The notes under the pieces: model-generated
What the model was told of the DNA's origin: nothing
What the model saw: only the letters and a program-made list of their open reading frames with translations
The model's database searches: none
Position numbers and translations under genes: made by a program
Shown: positions 26,324 to 38,700 of the stretch, in pieces
How the letters are laid out: each line of letters opens with the position of its first letter
How positions within the stretch are numbered: position 1 is the stretch's first letter
DNA from: Botryllus schlosseri
Taxonomy: Eukaryota
Direction of reading: 5' to 3'
Length of the DNA stretch: 60,000 nucleotides
NCBI GenBank assembly: GCA_051294905.1
Contig: CM119371.1
Span: 5,148,001-5,208,000, forward strand

Positions 26324-29300
26324 TTACGTCAAATCGCGCGCGCTTGTGTCTTCCGTTCTTTTTTGCTCACGGGCCCGGTTTTCTCTGTTTGCGTTTATAC
26401 GTTTTCGGATGATTTCGGTTTGTGCTCCTATTTCTTCAGCATACTCATTTTGTATGTCTAGGGATATTTTCCATCTCCATATTTCGGTTTTGAGATCCAT
26501 GTATGCTGGTATTATCGTAGAGGCATGTGGCCCGTCATACGCGTTCGTTTTTATCTTCTTAGGCTCGGCATCGATGTGTGTTTGGAGTGCATCCTCCAGG
26601 TCATTTCTGATGGTATAAAATATTTTTTTGTAAGTTTCGCATTCTACATATAAGTGGTGTAGAGTCTCTTCGTCGTTCCTGCAAAGTTTGCATTTATTTT
26701 TTATCTTCTTGTTTTTGGTGCTTTCCCACCCAGCCGCCATTTTTCTTGATCCTGTAAAATAACTCTCGGTGTTAATTCTGTAGGATATGACTCTCTGGTT
26801 GTTGTTGACGAGTTCTTTCATGTTGTTCTCGTACAGCCATATCCTTTTCCAGTTCTTCATTTCTTCTCCCTTATTTGTTGCTGTCTGCCTGAGGAGTAAC
26901 GCATATACTTCTTTCTGGGCAAGCTCGTGTGCGTCTTCGTTTTCCCTCAGTATCGAGGTATATGCTTCTCTTTCTTTTTCCCAGCTTTCCGTTGGTTTGT
27001 ATCTGTGAGGACAGTTGTTATTGTATAACTTTGCATTTATACTTCTCACCTTTGTTGAGAGGTTATATACGGCCTCCGAGTGCCAGATCTCTTTAGGTTC
27101 GTCGAGCTGGGATAGTTCCTGCATCCTTTTGATTCTCCTCGTTTTCACCGCCGTGTCAATGTCTGGCATTCCAATTCCCCCTTCTTTTCTTGGTCTTTTC
27201 AGGGTGTTTCTGCTCTTCTGCTCTAGTTTCTCTGGGCTCCAGAGTAGATCGAATAAGAGTTTTTCCATTTCCTTCAAATATTCTTTACGCAACTGCTTAT
27301 TGGAATAAGTATATGTTACTTTGGTTATTATGAAAGCTTTTATGGCAGTAATTTTCCCCAGCCATGACAGTTTTTTGGATTTGATAAAGTTAGCCGATTT
27401 TCGAAGTCCTTGTATTATTTTTCCATAGTTTAAGTCTTCTTCTTGTTCTCCATGATGTATGCCCAGGATTTTTGCACTCGATCTTAGCATGTGCGCATGT
27501 GGCGAGCTTTGCAGGATACATCGTGATCTTGGGTTCAGTGCTAGGATTTCTGTCTTTTCTCTGTTTATTTCCTGCCCCGTCACCTTATATAGTTTGTCGT
27601 ATTCCTCTAGTATCTCATGTATTGAGCCTGTTGAGCTAATGTATAGGGTTACATCATCAGCAAATTGGTCCAGTTTATGGGTTATGCTTCCGATTCTTAT
27701 TCCTTTGATTTTCTCGTTTGTATCTATCCTGTTGGCTAGAGGGTCAGCACTTATGGCGTATAGTGTCATGCTGAGAGGGCATCCTTGACGAATCCCTCTC
27801 AGACATGTGACTTCCGCTGCTTTTAGTCCATTTACTTCCACTATTGCGATTGGGTTGTTATATATCTCTTTAATGGCGTTTAGTGTTTCGCGAGTGACTT
27901 GAAATTTTTCTAGCACTTTGATTAGCATACTGTGGTTCACTTTGTCAAAAGCTTTTTTAGCATCGATGGTCATTATGTATCCTTCTATAGGTTTATCGCG
28001 GTGATATCTCAGGACAGCTTCGATGTTATTGTGTATTACATCCATCTTCCTTCCCGGGATACCTGCTTTCTGCGAGGTACTTATCTTTTCTGATATTTCA
28101 TTGGTCAGTTTCTTGTTCAGGATTTTTGCCATGATTTTATAGTCAGTGTTGAGCAGGGAAATGGGACGCCAATTCTCCAATTTCCTTTTTTCTTTCCCTT
28201 TATGGATCAAAATAACTTTTGCCAACTTCCAGCTTTTTGGCATTTTTCCTAGTAGTATTGCATTATTTACTAGCTGTGTAAGTTTTCTGCCAATTGCTTT
28301 CCACATGGTGATGTAGAATTCTACAGTAAGACCATCAGTACCGGGTGATTTCTCTTTAGCCATAGATTTAAGTGTATCGTACACCTCTCCTCTCTCTATC
28401 GCTGCTGGGTGTTCTTTGTCCATTGTCTGTTCTTCTGCTTTGAACTTGTAGGTGGAGAGGTATAATTCTTGTCGTTCCTGGTTTGCTGTTCCACTTTGCG
28501 ACCATAGCTCTTCATAGAAGGATTTGATTTCTGCGGTGATGCTATTTGCATCGGTTGTTACTGTTCCGTCGGCCATCAACAGTTCCTTCAGTTCTGCCTG
28601 CTTTTTTCTGTTTTTTAGGTGTTCCCAGAACTGTTTTGTTTTACTCTGTTCTCCCTGTGGCACTCCTGGGATGGCAGTTAGTCTCAATTTGCCCATTGTT
28701 CTTTCGTAGCTTGTTTGAAAGCTTGCGTTTTTGTTGGTATACGCTGTGTATCTTTTGCTTATATTGGCTATCTTTTTCTTTGTTCCATCCCACCACTCTT
28801 GAATTGTATCATATTTTTCGATGTTATTTTCCTCATTGCAAATGAGGTTCGCTATGATATTTTGGTATGTTTTGTCGGACAGTAATTCTTTGCTGCATTT
28901 CCAACTTTTCCTGTCCCAAGAAGTTTCGGGTTCTATTCTGATGTTTAGCGTAGGGCTTATGTGGTCTGCGACCTCATTATTTTCATGCGTTGCATGCACT
29001 ATGTGTTCTAGAAGTTCTTTTGACGCATATATTCTGTCAATTCTTCTTCCACTTTTCTTCGTCACGTGGGTATATATCCTTTTATGCGGATACATATGTC
29101 TGAACGTGTCGATCAATTCTGCTTCTTCTATTATGTTTTTAAAGCGTTTATCGTTGCTGTTGGTCGTTGATAGTTGGTTGTTGGTGTCTTTTGGGTTTAT
29201 AACAAGGTTAAAGTCTCCCCCCATTATCGTTGGGATATCTATATTGTTAATTTCTTGCTCTAGTTTGGTTAAGAAGTCTCTTCTTAATTTTCTTGGAATT

Positions 29301-29647
29301 GGTGAATCCCCAGATGGAGCATATACGTTCAGGATGGTAAGTGGGCACTGCGCTATTTGCATAGTAATGCTTTGTAGTCTATTTTCAATCAGGATAGAAT
29401 GATCAATAATTTTACCTCCATATTCCTTCTTTATCATGATGGTCGTGCCATCATATTGTCTCTTATAGTTTGTAGAATTCATGTATGCTATATATCCAAT
29501 TTTCTCCGCCCATTCCTTAGTGGATTCATGGTCCATTTTGTGGGTCTCCTGTATGAGAAGTATATCCATTTTTGATTTTAGGATGTATTCTTCCAAGTCA
29601 TCTAGTCTTTGTGTTATGCCATTTACGTTGATCGTTGCTACTTTCAT
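26324..29647 (-). CDS. LINE ORF2: apurinic-like endonuclease, reverse transcriptase and C-terminal Cys/His zinc motif
   Basis: 1107 aa. APE motifs MKVATINVNG, LIQETH, NVYAPS, GGDFN, RIDRIY, ADH. RT motifs KSPGTDG, NWRPISLLNTDYKI, DAKKAFD, GIRQGCPLS, QFADD. C-terminal CKLC...ETLHHLYVEC. Confidence 0.95.
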   Translation of the reverse strand: MKVATINVNGITQRLDDLEEYILKSKMDILLIQETHKMDHESTKEWAEKIGYIAYMNSTNYKRQYDGTTIMIKKEYGGKIIDHSILIENRLQSITMQIAQCPLTILNVYAPSGDSPIPRKLRRDFLTKLEQEINNIDIPTIMGGDFNLVINPKDTNNQLSTTNSNDKRFKNIIEEAELIDTFRHMYPHKRIYTHVTKKSGRRIDRIYASKELLEHIVHATHENNEVADHISPTLNIRIEPETSWDRKSWKCSKELLSDKTYQNIIANLICNEENNIEKYDTIQEWWDGTKKKIANISKRYTAYTNKNASFQTSYERTMGKLRLTAIPGVPQGEQSKTKQFWEHLKNRKKQAELKELLMADGTVTTDANSITAEIKSFYEELWSQSGTANQERQELYLSTYKFKAEEQTMDKEHPAAIERGEVYDTLKSMAKEKSPGTDGLTVEFYITMWKAIGRKLTQLVNNAILLGKMPKSWKLAKVILIHKGKEKRKLENWRPISLLNTDYKIMAKILNKKLTNEISEKISTSQKAGIPGRKMDVIHNNIEAVLRYHRDKPIEGYIMTIDAKKAFDKVNHSMLIKVLEKFQVTRETLNAIKEIYNNPIAIVEVNGLKAAEVTCLRGIRQGCPLSMTLYAISADPLANRIDTNEKIKGIRIGSITHKLDQFADDVTLYISSTGSIHEILEEYDKLYKVTGQEINREKTEILALNPRSRCILQSSPHAHMLRSSAKILGIHHGEQEEDLNYGKIIQGLRKSANFIKSKKLSWLGKITAIKAFIITKVTYTYSNKQLRKEYLKEMEKLLFDLLWSPEKLEQKSRNTLKRPRKEGGIGMPDIDTAVKTRRIKRMQELSQLDEPKEIWHSEAVYNLSTKVRSINAKLYNNNCPHRYKPTESWEKEREAYTSILRENEDAHELAQKEVYALLLRQTATNKGEEMKNWKRIWLYENNMKELVNNNQRVISYRINTESYFTGSRKMAAGWESTKNKKIKNKCKLCRNDEETLHHLYVECETYKKIFYTIRNDLEDALQTHIDAEPKKIKTNAYDGPHASTIIPAYMDLKTEIWRWKISLDIQNEYAEEIGAQTEIIRKRINANRENRAREQKRTEDTSARDLT

Positions 29648-30957
29648 TTTTCAGTATGGTATGATATGGTGCTTGTGTCAGACGTGAGGTTAGGATTATC
29701 TGACTCATCACTGTCGCTGTGGTCATGTTTTCTTCTTTTCTCCGATTCTGTATTCTCACTGCTGTTTGAGTCTCTGAAACGTTTGTTTGGTTCAGAGATC
29801 AGCGAGTCGGGGTCAATTGCTGTCTCGTTCAGTGGATCCAGTGGTTCATTTTCTGCTAATTCGTAGTTCGGGGTTGTTCCTTGTTTTTCTTCGTTTAGCG
29901 GCGATGTGGATGTATCTTGTATATTTTCATTTATTGTCTCACGGCGTCTGGTTTGAGCGCCTATTTTTGCTGCAAACATGGTTTTGTTAGATTCAGCGTT
30001 CCTGATCTTGACTTCTAAGTTGCTGTTTTTTTTTCGATTCTTGATTATTGGCTTGTCCATTATTTTGGGTTTGGGCGTATTTGGTGATGATTCTGTCCTC
30101 TTTGGGTTCTGCTTATTTTCGTACCACATGTTGTTATCGTTTTCGTCATCTGTTCTGTTATTTTCTTCTTCATGTGGGATGTCGCTGATTGCCTGAAATC
30201 TGTTCCGGAGTTCAATGGCTTGGGGTACTGTTTCTGGACATTTTGCTTGGGTATGTCCCTTTTTGTTGCATTTGGTACATTTCTCGTATTTGCTTGGGCA
30301 GTCTTTTATGTAGTGTTCTTCCGAGTTACATAGGTAGCATTTCTTGTTGTAAATATCGTCCGCCGTTTGGATTGGGCATGTGTATCCATCTATGTTTATC
30401 GCTCTTGGCATATTCTGTTTGCAGAAGTCCTCGACCCAGGCATTGGTAAAGCCATTGTATAGTCCTGTGTTTTTTCGGTATACTCTAGTGGTGCTGACTA
30501 CGGTGCCAATTCCTAGTCTGGATATTTCCTTCCTCATTGTATCGGCTTTAGATTCCGTTGGAATTCCTCGTATTATGAGGTGAGTTGCTGGGAGTCTTGG
30601 AAGTTCGATCTTTATAGTCTCGAATCCAGTTGCTCTCTCTGTTTGGTCTAACTCCTTGTATACCAAGTCTCTTGTATTCTGGTCTCCTTTTTGTTCTTTA
30701 AATGTAAGTATCCAGGTACCTTTTCGGATTTCGTACAGCGCTTCCATGTCTTTGCGGTACGCTTTCGTTGTTGGGTTTTCATTGATTTGGTCCCATATTT
30801 CGTCAAAAGTTAGCTCCCCAGGGCCTTTCACGAAGAGTGAGCGCGGTCTTCGGTGGCTGAAAACCGGCTTTGGTTTTCCGGCTGCTGCCGCCGCATAGTT
30901 GCCATTTTGCTGTCCGGTATGTTCATCTTGTATATCCATATTTGCTGCTTCGCCCAT
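29644..30957 (-). CDS. LINE ORF1, gag-like nucleic-acid-binding protein with two CCHC zinc knuckles
   Basis: CYLCNSEEHYIKDC and CTKCNKKGHTQAKC, an N-terminal YAAAAA motif and a low-complexity C-terminus. The ORF-track start at 30969 is TTG; the first ATG is at 30957. Confidence 0.9.
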   Translation of the reverse strand: MGEAANMDIQDEHTGQQNGNYAAAAAGKPKPVFSHRRPRSLFVKGPGELTFDEIWDQINENPTTKAYRKDMEALYEIRKGTWILTFKEQKGDQNTRDLVYKELDQTERATGFETIKIELPRLPATHLIIRGIPTESKADTMRKEISRLGIGTVVSTTRVYRKNTGLYNGFTNAWVEDFCKQNMPRAINIDGYTCPIQTADDIYNKKCYLCNSEEHYIKDCPSKYEKCTKCNKKGHTQAKCPETVPQAIELRNRFQAISDIPHEEENNRTDDENDNNMWYENKQNPKRTESSPNTPKPKIMDKPIIKNRKKNSNLEVKIRNAESNKTMFAAKIGAQTRRRETINENIQDTSTSPLNEEKQGTTPNYELAENEPLDPLNETAIDPDSLISEPNKRFRDSNSSENTESEKRRKHDHSDSDESDNPNLTSDTSTISYHTEK

Positions 30958-31173
30958 TTCTATATCCAATTTATATCCCCGTATGATTTGTAAATCCGAT
31001 ACCGTATATATCCAGTGGTACGTTTATATCCAAAGTCACAACTTGAATATACGAAACAACGTACCACCTTAACGCTCTCTTCTCAAGTCAAACAATCAGA
31101 TCCACGGACCATCAGTTATATATATATATATGTATATAGTTATATAGACTTAACGCCTTAACACAATCAATCC

Positions 31174-31286
31174 ATATCGGCAGCTAATTTTCTTTTAAAT
31201 GCACAACGAGAACTATAACTAGACGCTGTTCAAAATCATGAACTAGAATTATAACTAATTTGACATTAGAACTACAACTAAGAGCT
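31174..31286 (+). repeat. Right copy of the 113-bp LINE target-site duplication
   Basis: Identical to 25999-26111. Confidence 0.95.
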
Positions 31287-32789
31287 AAACTGAACAGTGA
31301 ATATGAAAAACAGTACACCCGAGGTCTGGCATACGCAATCATTGGGCATACCTTATGGAGTCATAGCGACACCTTAGGGTTGTACGGCGGCTAAAAAGTA
31401 GAAAGCAGAAATGCCTGACAGGAAATATTCTTTCTGATATTTTTGTTTCGTGTGACAGTCATATGGAGTTATTCTTTTGATGCACAGTTGACTATAGGCA
31501 CCAATATTCTATAGTGTGGTGCAATGAGATCGATTTTCGTATTTTATGTTACTGGCCAATCATTCGGGCCATAGAAGACTTGCTGATTGGCGCAGGAGTT
31601 CGCCATGTTAGTAAAGGTTGGAGACCACTGATCTTATATCAGTTTGACAATTTATTAAATATATTATTCCACATCTTGCATGGTTATTAACATTAGCTTC
31701 GGTATGGTCGACGAAATAAAAACCTATCGTCTGTTTTGTTGCCTCTCTGTGATTCGTTTACGGCTCAATGCCCTCGGCCTCAATATGGATGGGGGACTCC
31801 CCTCTGTCTGAGTAAATATTAAATATATTTGATTCTTGCTCAATGCGCACTGCTCAGTAAAAGTATAGATTACTACTCTCCGTAAGTTAGTAATAATTCA
31901 GATTACTGTTCTTATAAAGAAGAAGCTACACACTTTATGAAATAACCTTTTACCAGTGTCAAAGACTAGTATAATTATCCCACTTGTATTTATCAATTTG
32001 CGAATTATCATCAAATCTCTGGACTAGACATCGTCACATCGATATGGCAGATTTTACCGTACGTCCTCACCGCGTATTATCAGTTCCGCTGTTATAATTC
32101 CATCTGTTTTACTTGAGGACCTGAAGTTGAGGTTCTGGGCAGACTTCCAAAAATTACCAATCTGGTTAGTTGACGGTTTTTCAGTAGTTCAAGTTTCAGT
32201 TGCATATTTTGAAAATTGCTACTTCTAGTTCCAGCGTTGTGCATTTAAAAAGATATTATTTACCCAAGCGCTATATAGAAAACATGTGTCGTAATTTCAC
32301 AGGAATCGTGATATCCGTGTTCTGTTGTGTGATGTTCTTGCAGCCAGCCAATGGCAATAATGGCCCATTGCTAGCTCGGACTCGGAGTCGTCGCTATACT
32401 AACAGACTTGTATAGTTGTATGGATTCTGTGTCCTGTGCTCACACAATTCCCAGCCAGCGGCTTACTGTTATATTAGGCAAAACTTACCGAGATTCCAGT
32501 CGGGCTATAACAGTAACAGAGATGTAGGCTACCCCGTGCTTCTAGTTCCAGTTCTAGTTGTCTAGTCTTCTAGTCAAGTCTTTGAACTACAAGTATGAAT
32601 CAAGTTTGTTATGCATATTTTTAGACAATAAAACATTTTTATCAAGTAGCCAGTTAAATGTTACCAAACAAGTTATTATTGATCAACCTTATTAGACCAT
32701 ATCAGTTTCAGTATCTGTTAATGCACGACATTTCATTTTGCAGGCTGATTTGTGTTTGATTTCACGATAATGTAAGATGAAGTTGACAA

Positions 32790-35700
32790 TCGCCAGACTC
32801 GTGTGTGATGGTTCTACTGGGAAACGATACAAAGAGGTTGATTTCTTGGCAAAGGGGGGTTTGTGAAATGCTGTGAAATCACGGAAGTCCAAACAAAAGA
32901 AGATTTCGCTTGTAAAATTGTGCCAAAGGTGAGTTAAGTGTGCTGACGCAAGTAATCTATGTGACTATGTTGTATGCACCAATGCCTTCTTTTGTTAACT
33001 GTGTTGAAAACAAGGATTTGGTCTAAAGCTTGCAAGTTGTCATTCTCAAAGCCAATCTAACACAATGAAGCAGACCTTGGGCACTCTTGTGCCTGCAATG
33101 TCGTCAGATTCTACAATTCAGCTTCTAGTCCCAGTTCAAGACTAAGTCCGCCTCGGGCCACATATTGAACAGCTCATGTAGAATAACATTTTGATTAGCT
33201 TTAGTAACTATCTTCATCTCAAGTCTGGATTAAAGTGTAATAGTATTTGTTGTTTCCGTCTCTTTTGCCAACATGCCATATTACACCACATTTGAATACA
33301 AATCGAATACAAATTTCTTGCAACTATAACTAAAACTAACTCAAGACTAAAGACTAGAACTGCTCCCTTTTCGCAACACACAACTAGAGATGGGAACTGC
33401 TCACACACACTGCTCACTAGAACTACTATCTTAAACAAATACTTGCCACTAGAACTAGAACTACTCACTTTATGAAATGTGCAACTAGAACTACTCTAAA
33501 TACCTGTAGTCAGTTGACCGTCAACTAAATAGACTGGTAATTTTTACAACTCTAAATTTCAGGCACTGCTCTGTATGAGCATAAGAAAGACAAAATGTGT
33601 CGAGAGATCAGTCTCCATCACAGTTTGAATCAAAAACACGACGTTGGATTTCACGGATTTTTCCAAGACAAGGATTCTATCTTCATTGTTCTTGAGTTGT
33701 GCAAAAGAAGGGTACCGGTAAGCGATACAACTGTCATGTACGTCTAACTGTGATGGTCGCAATTGCATCAGCTTTGTGAGGTTCATTACCTGACAGACTT
33801 GGAAAACTAGATAATTCTGGTTTTCTTATTAGACTAATTATAGCTAAATGCTTGTATGTTGGTATTTTAATATAATTTCTGGTTTACCTGAAAATATTAC
33901 TGGAAAACTGTATACCGTAGTGGTAAACAAGCCAACCTTAGTGTAAATACAGTTGTCATTCTCTTGCTTATGAAAACTCTTATTTGATATCAAGTAAATT
34001 TGATATTTTTTGCATTTCTTTTACGAATTGAATGATTTAAATTATAATCTGATTTCGATAGCTTGTGTAGCTATAATTTTAATTTTAATCTAGTTTGCCA
34101 AAGCTGAATAATTCCTCTTTACACAACTGTGATCAGAGAGCTGGCACAACTATTCGAGTACTCAAATCTGAATCTGAATTCTAATGATTTGAATGGAGAA
34201 GCGAGAGATGATTTTTTGGAGTACTGAGCTTGTACGTTCCTAGTCACAAGAGGTAAAGATGATTAAAAATAAACTGAACTCTGCTGAATGTAGAGTAAAG
34301 TGGGTAAATTTACCAATGAAATTATTATACTTTCAATAGTATTTCTCACTGTCGATATCTGAAAACCTCGACTGGTCATATCGCAGAACACGGAACATGT
34401 GTACAAAGCTACTCACACATTTAAAAAGCTCATCCAGTCAAAGACTTTTCATTGTATTCAGCGAGATTGTCAACTTGATGCTGTAATGGAAGCTTCTTTT
34501 AGATATTAGTCTACCAACAAATAATATTATTGATTTCATTCTAGCAATCCAATTGTCTTTGTATTTTATTGTCAGTCGCTAATGGAAGTTTACAAAAGAA
34601 GGCGCGTCATCACAGAACCAGAGACTGGCTATTACATGCTACAGATTCTGCTTGCAGTGGTTTATCTTCACGATTCTGAGATCATTCACACGGATATCAA
34701 GGTAACGTTGCTTGCAGTAGTATGTTGCACTGGGTCAGAGGGGATCAATACCAATGGACTTCTTGATTTTCACAGCACTCAAGACATGGGCAACTAGTTA
34801 TTACAAATTATACTGATTAGAGTGAATGCCTGCAATCTTAATTCTAAGCCAATTATGGTTTTCCTGCAATTGATACAGGTGAAGTGTATACGGTAGTGAG
34901 AAACAAGCCAAGCTTGTTATACAGACATTTGCCATTCTTGTGTTTATGAGAATGAATAGTGATCTAATATTATTCGAACTTCATTCAATGTCCAAGGTCT
35001 GGCGAATTCAGCAATTATATTTCAAATCATTTTGAAAAATCTGTGCAGCCATCATCTAATTATGGTATAATTTGGAGAAAAACTGTTTGGAAATAACTGT
35101 GTAGATATCATTATAAAATACTGTAACATGGGAAAAACTTTGTATCTGTAATGCTAATCCTAGCCCAATTTAGAAAAGCTGAAATTTTTTTAATTTTCCA
35201 AATAGTTTTATCCTGATACTTGAATTCCTTCCTTACTGTTTCAAATCTAGATTCTTATTATACTTTGAAATCCACAAATCCTGATTCCAAAAAATATTTT
35301 TAAATGTGTGAGTTACTATTTGTGATTTGATTGCCATTTGTGATTTTATCACCAGAATGTTGGCAAGCAACCCGTCTCAGTGACTGTTTGTAACTGAATT
35401 GCTGGGGAGCGAGTATTTCAACCATTCAACGGCAACATTCCTCAGAAAGTGCCCAAAAGCTGCTTGACCATGGCGCCTAGAATTTCGGAACGCTAACTAC
35501 AGCAAAGGCGTCCTCTGCAGAGTTTCAACAGTGAGTTTTTCGTAGGTCTCGGCGAAATCATGTTCCCGATTAATTCGATTCTGAATCAAGTATTACGTTT
35601 TGGGTCGCGTACTCGAGTCTCATTCATGATAACTAGAGCCCGATCGATATCGTATTTTTGAGCCAATACCGATAAGTAGAACCTTCACCGATAACCCCGA

Positions 35701-38700
35701 AATATTCCACCGACATCGAAATAATATGGCAACTAGCTAAGACATATTTCCAAACCTTCCGGGCATTTATTTGAACTTGCGGTCATTGCTATACTTGGAT
35801 ATAAAATAAACTAATAAGGATGCATCTGAACGCCTGTAAGCAGAGTCGGTCTGTAGCGTTAGTGCCTCTACTTTTATGGACTACTCAAGTGGGTTTTGCC
35901 ACCACACCCCGAACCTTCACCATTATTAGTACTGATGACAACTAGAACTACTCACTTCTTAAAATCCGCAACTGAAGCCAGTATCTGAATTTCAGGCATT
36001 GTTTGTGAAGTAGCATGAGAAAGACGAATGTGTCAAGATATCGGTCTCCGTCACAGTTTGAATCACAAGCACGTCGTTGGATTTCACGGATTGTTCCAAG
36101 ACAAAGATTTTGTCTACGTCGTTCTTGAGTAGTGCAGAAGAAGGGTAAAAGTATTTCCTCACTATAAACGTAATGCAACGCTAACTGCGCCGGTCGCAAA
36201 TGCATTAAATCTGTCATGTTCATTACCAGCAGAATTGGATAACCAGATAATTATTTTTCTATAATGTATTAGGCTAAATATGGCAAAGTACTTGTCATGT
36301 AATTCCAATCTAATTAGTCAACTAATTCTACATATGTAGTGTGAAACGAGTCACGATCGGTGAACTATTCTCTTGCTTATGATAATCAAGTCCAATTTGA
36401 TATGAACTGAACTTGATTTCTTTTCCCAACTAGGTAATTAAATTCTAATCTAATTTGGATGGGTGTTCAATATATTTCTAATCTACTTTGAATAATTTGA
36501 TCATTTTCTAGTGACACAACTGTGATCACTAGTGCTGGGCACAGTGATTTGATGACTCAAATCTGAATCGAGTATCAATTCAAATAATTTGAGTCGAGTA
36601 GTAGGAAATGATTGTTTCGAGTGCTGACAATATACGCTTCATGCCGCAAAATGGAAAAATCATATTAACTATGAGCTGAATTGAACAATTGAGAATTATA
36701 TTTCTCACTGTGAAAAGCTGTGAACCTTGATTGGTCGTATCGCAGTATACGAAACATGTAATACAAAGCTATGCACGTTGCTGAAAATGACATGTCTGTG
36801 AAGTTGTGAGCAACCGAAAGCATTGTCCCATAGTGTGATGAAATAGTAATGGTAAAAATAGTGCAAAATAATCTTTATAATATGACTAGAATAGGTATTA
36901 TATTCTTTGTGGTGTTGCTATGAAGTTAACATGAGTGACTCAAACTCATTACTCGATTCAGAATCAAATCACTCAGGTACTCTATTTTAGCCAGCCAGAT
37001 TTATTTCACGTTCAGTATCAAAAAGCAACTATTAAATAAAGTTTGGAAGGTTCACCGGTCTGTGAAAACTGTCTTCAAATTTGACCGTCTCTCTAACTCA
37101 GAAAGGTTGAGAACCACTGATTTAGATGATGTGTCCAACAAATATTATTGTTTCTCTCATTCCAGCGATCCAATTACCTTTTATTTTTGTTGTCAGTCGC
37201 TGATGAAAGTTTACAAAAGAAGATGCGTCATCACAGAACCAGAGACTCGTTATCACACGCAACGGATTCTGCTTGGTGTTTTTTGTCGTCACGATTGTAA
37301 AATCATTCACAGAGATATCAAGGTAACATTGTGTGCAATAGTGCATTCGTAAATAATCTTCGAAAATTATGTCAGAACCAGAGCCGACCGATGATTGGTT
37401 TGTCAATTTGGGGATAAAACTATGTACATTATGTACCATCAACGTAAAATGATTGATGGCGCTACAAGCTCTCTAAAGTGAACTCGTACAAACTACTGGA
37501 TGTTCAACATGCACAACAAGAATTAGAACTGCTCACTTTTCCAAATTCTCTAGTTGAACCAACGACCATTGAAAATCCGTAACTAACTAACTAATACACA
37601 ACTCGCTAATGATTGTTTGGTTAATAAATTACAAATGAGCTGAGAAATATCGGAGATAGAATTGGCATCTCAAATTGATGGGGTTTTTAGTTTAAAACGG
37701 GAGTGGTTTCGACCCACAATACTCAGCCCAGCCTGTACCATTGTTTGGCACGATGACTCAGAGCTAGGGCTGTCATGAGTAAACTCAAGTCAAACTCGAG
37801 TCGTGCTTATTTGGTGACTCGTCTTGACTCGAGTCATATGACTGTCACTGTAACTTCGAAGAATAGTGAAGTCGCCACATGATTGGTATTCCCTATATCA
37901 GTCTTGAAAATAGGGCCAGAAACTGTAAGACTGATGAAAATAACGATAGTATGAATGCAAGTGATTCTATATCACTCGAGGAGAGTTGGACAAAGTGAAT
38001 TGAAACGGAGTGTAATGATAACTGGACATTGAACATAATGACTTGGACTCGAGTCAAAACGCCATATATCAGACTACACTTTTTACTATCTGACTCGGAC
38101 TCGGACTTGAGTCGGTGGTGAATTATAAATGAATCGACTTGACTCGAGTCAAAACTTTAAAAGTGAGATTGACATGTGACTCGGAACCACTCACTTTTCA
38201 AGTCCGCATCTATAACTTGAACTACTTAAAAACAGTAGGTATTGACCATCAAGTAATTGGATTGGTAGTTTGTACAAGTCTGTTTACTTTTGTTTAAATA
38301 ATTGCGAAATTTGTACTGACAGCTTGGCAACCTGTTTCTGAACAATAACATGGAGGCGAAAATGATTTTGGCCTGGATACCAAATCAACTTTATGAGGCC
38401 CACACAACCATATTACCCCTGTAGATCTCAGAAAGAAGGGACGCAGTTTCGAAGGAAACAACGAGTCACTGGGTTGTGTTTTGTGCGTGTAATGCAACAT
38501 TAAACTGGGACGTCATAAAAGGAGGTTATATATGTCTTAAAGATAGCGTTCTGCAAAATCGAGTACCTAAGTGATTTGGTTATTAATCGAGTCGAATATT
38601 TGAGTATCTCTCATGACGTCGTAAATTCCAAATATGCACATTTTATGCGATCGCCATGCAGGGTTGGTAACCAAGTCACAAGGTCCCGAGTCGCAAGGCA

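Larger units (their letters stand above)
26112..31173 (-). mobile_element. Full-length L1/Tx1-type non-LTR retrotransposon (~5.06 kb)
   Basis: Two uninterrupted ORFs, a ~215-nt 5' leader containing a (TA)n tract, a ~210-nt 3' UTR ending AATAAAAATCACTGAAA, and direct repeats at both ends. Confidence 0.93.

Noticed and set aside
26201..30898. Numerous plus-strand ORFs of 60-190 aa
   Set aside because: Antisense to the A-rich LINE ORFs; low-complexity F/L/S-rich translations.
25999..31286. 113-bp direct repeats interpreted as LTRs
   Set aside because: No TG..CA ends, PBS, protease or integrase. The RT is APE-LINE type, and the repeat exists singly at the paralogous empty site.
31950..32125. 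Exon-like minus-strand segment with AG/GT boundaries
   Set aside because: Stops in all frames and no confident homology.
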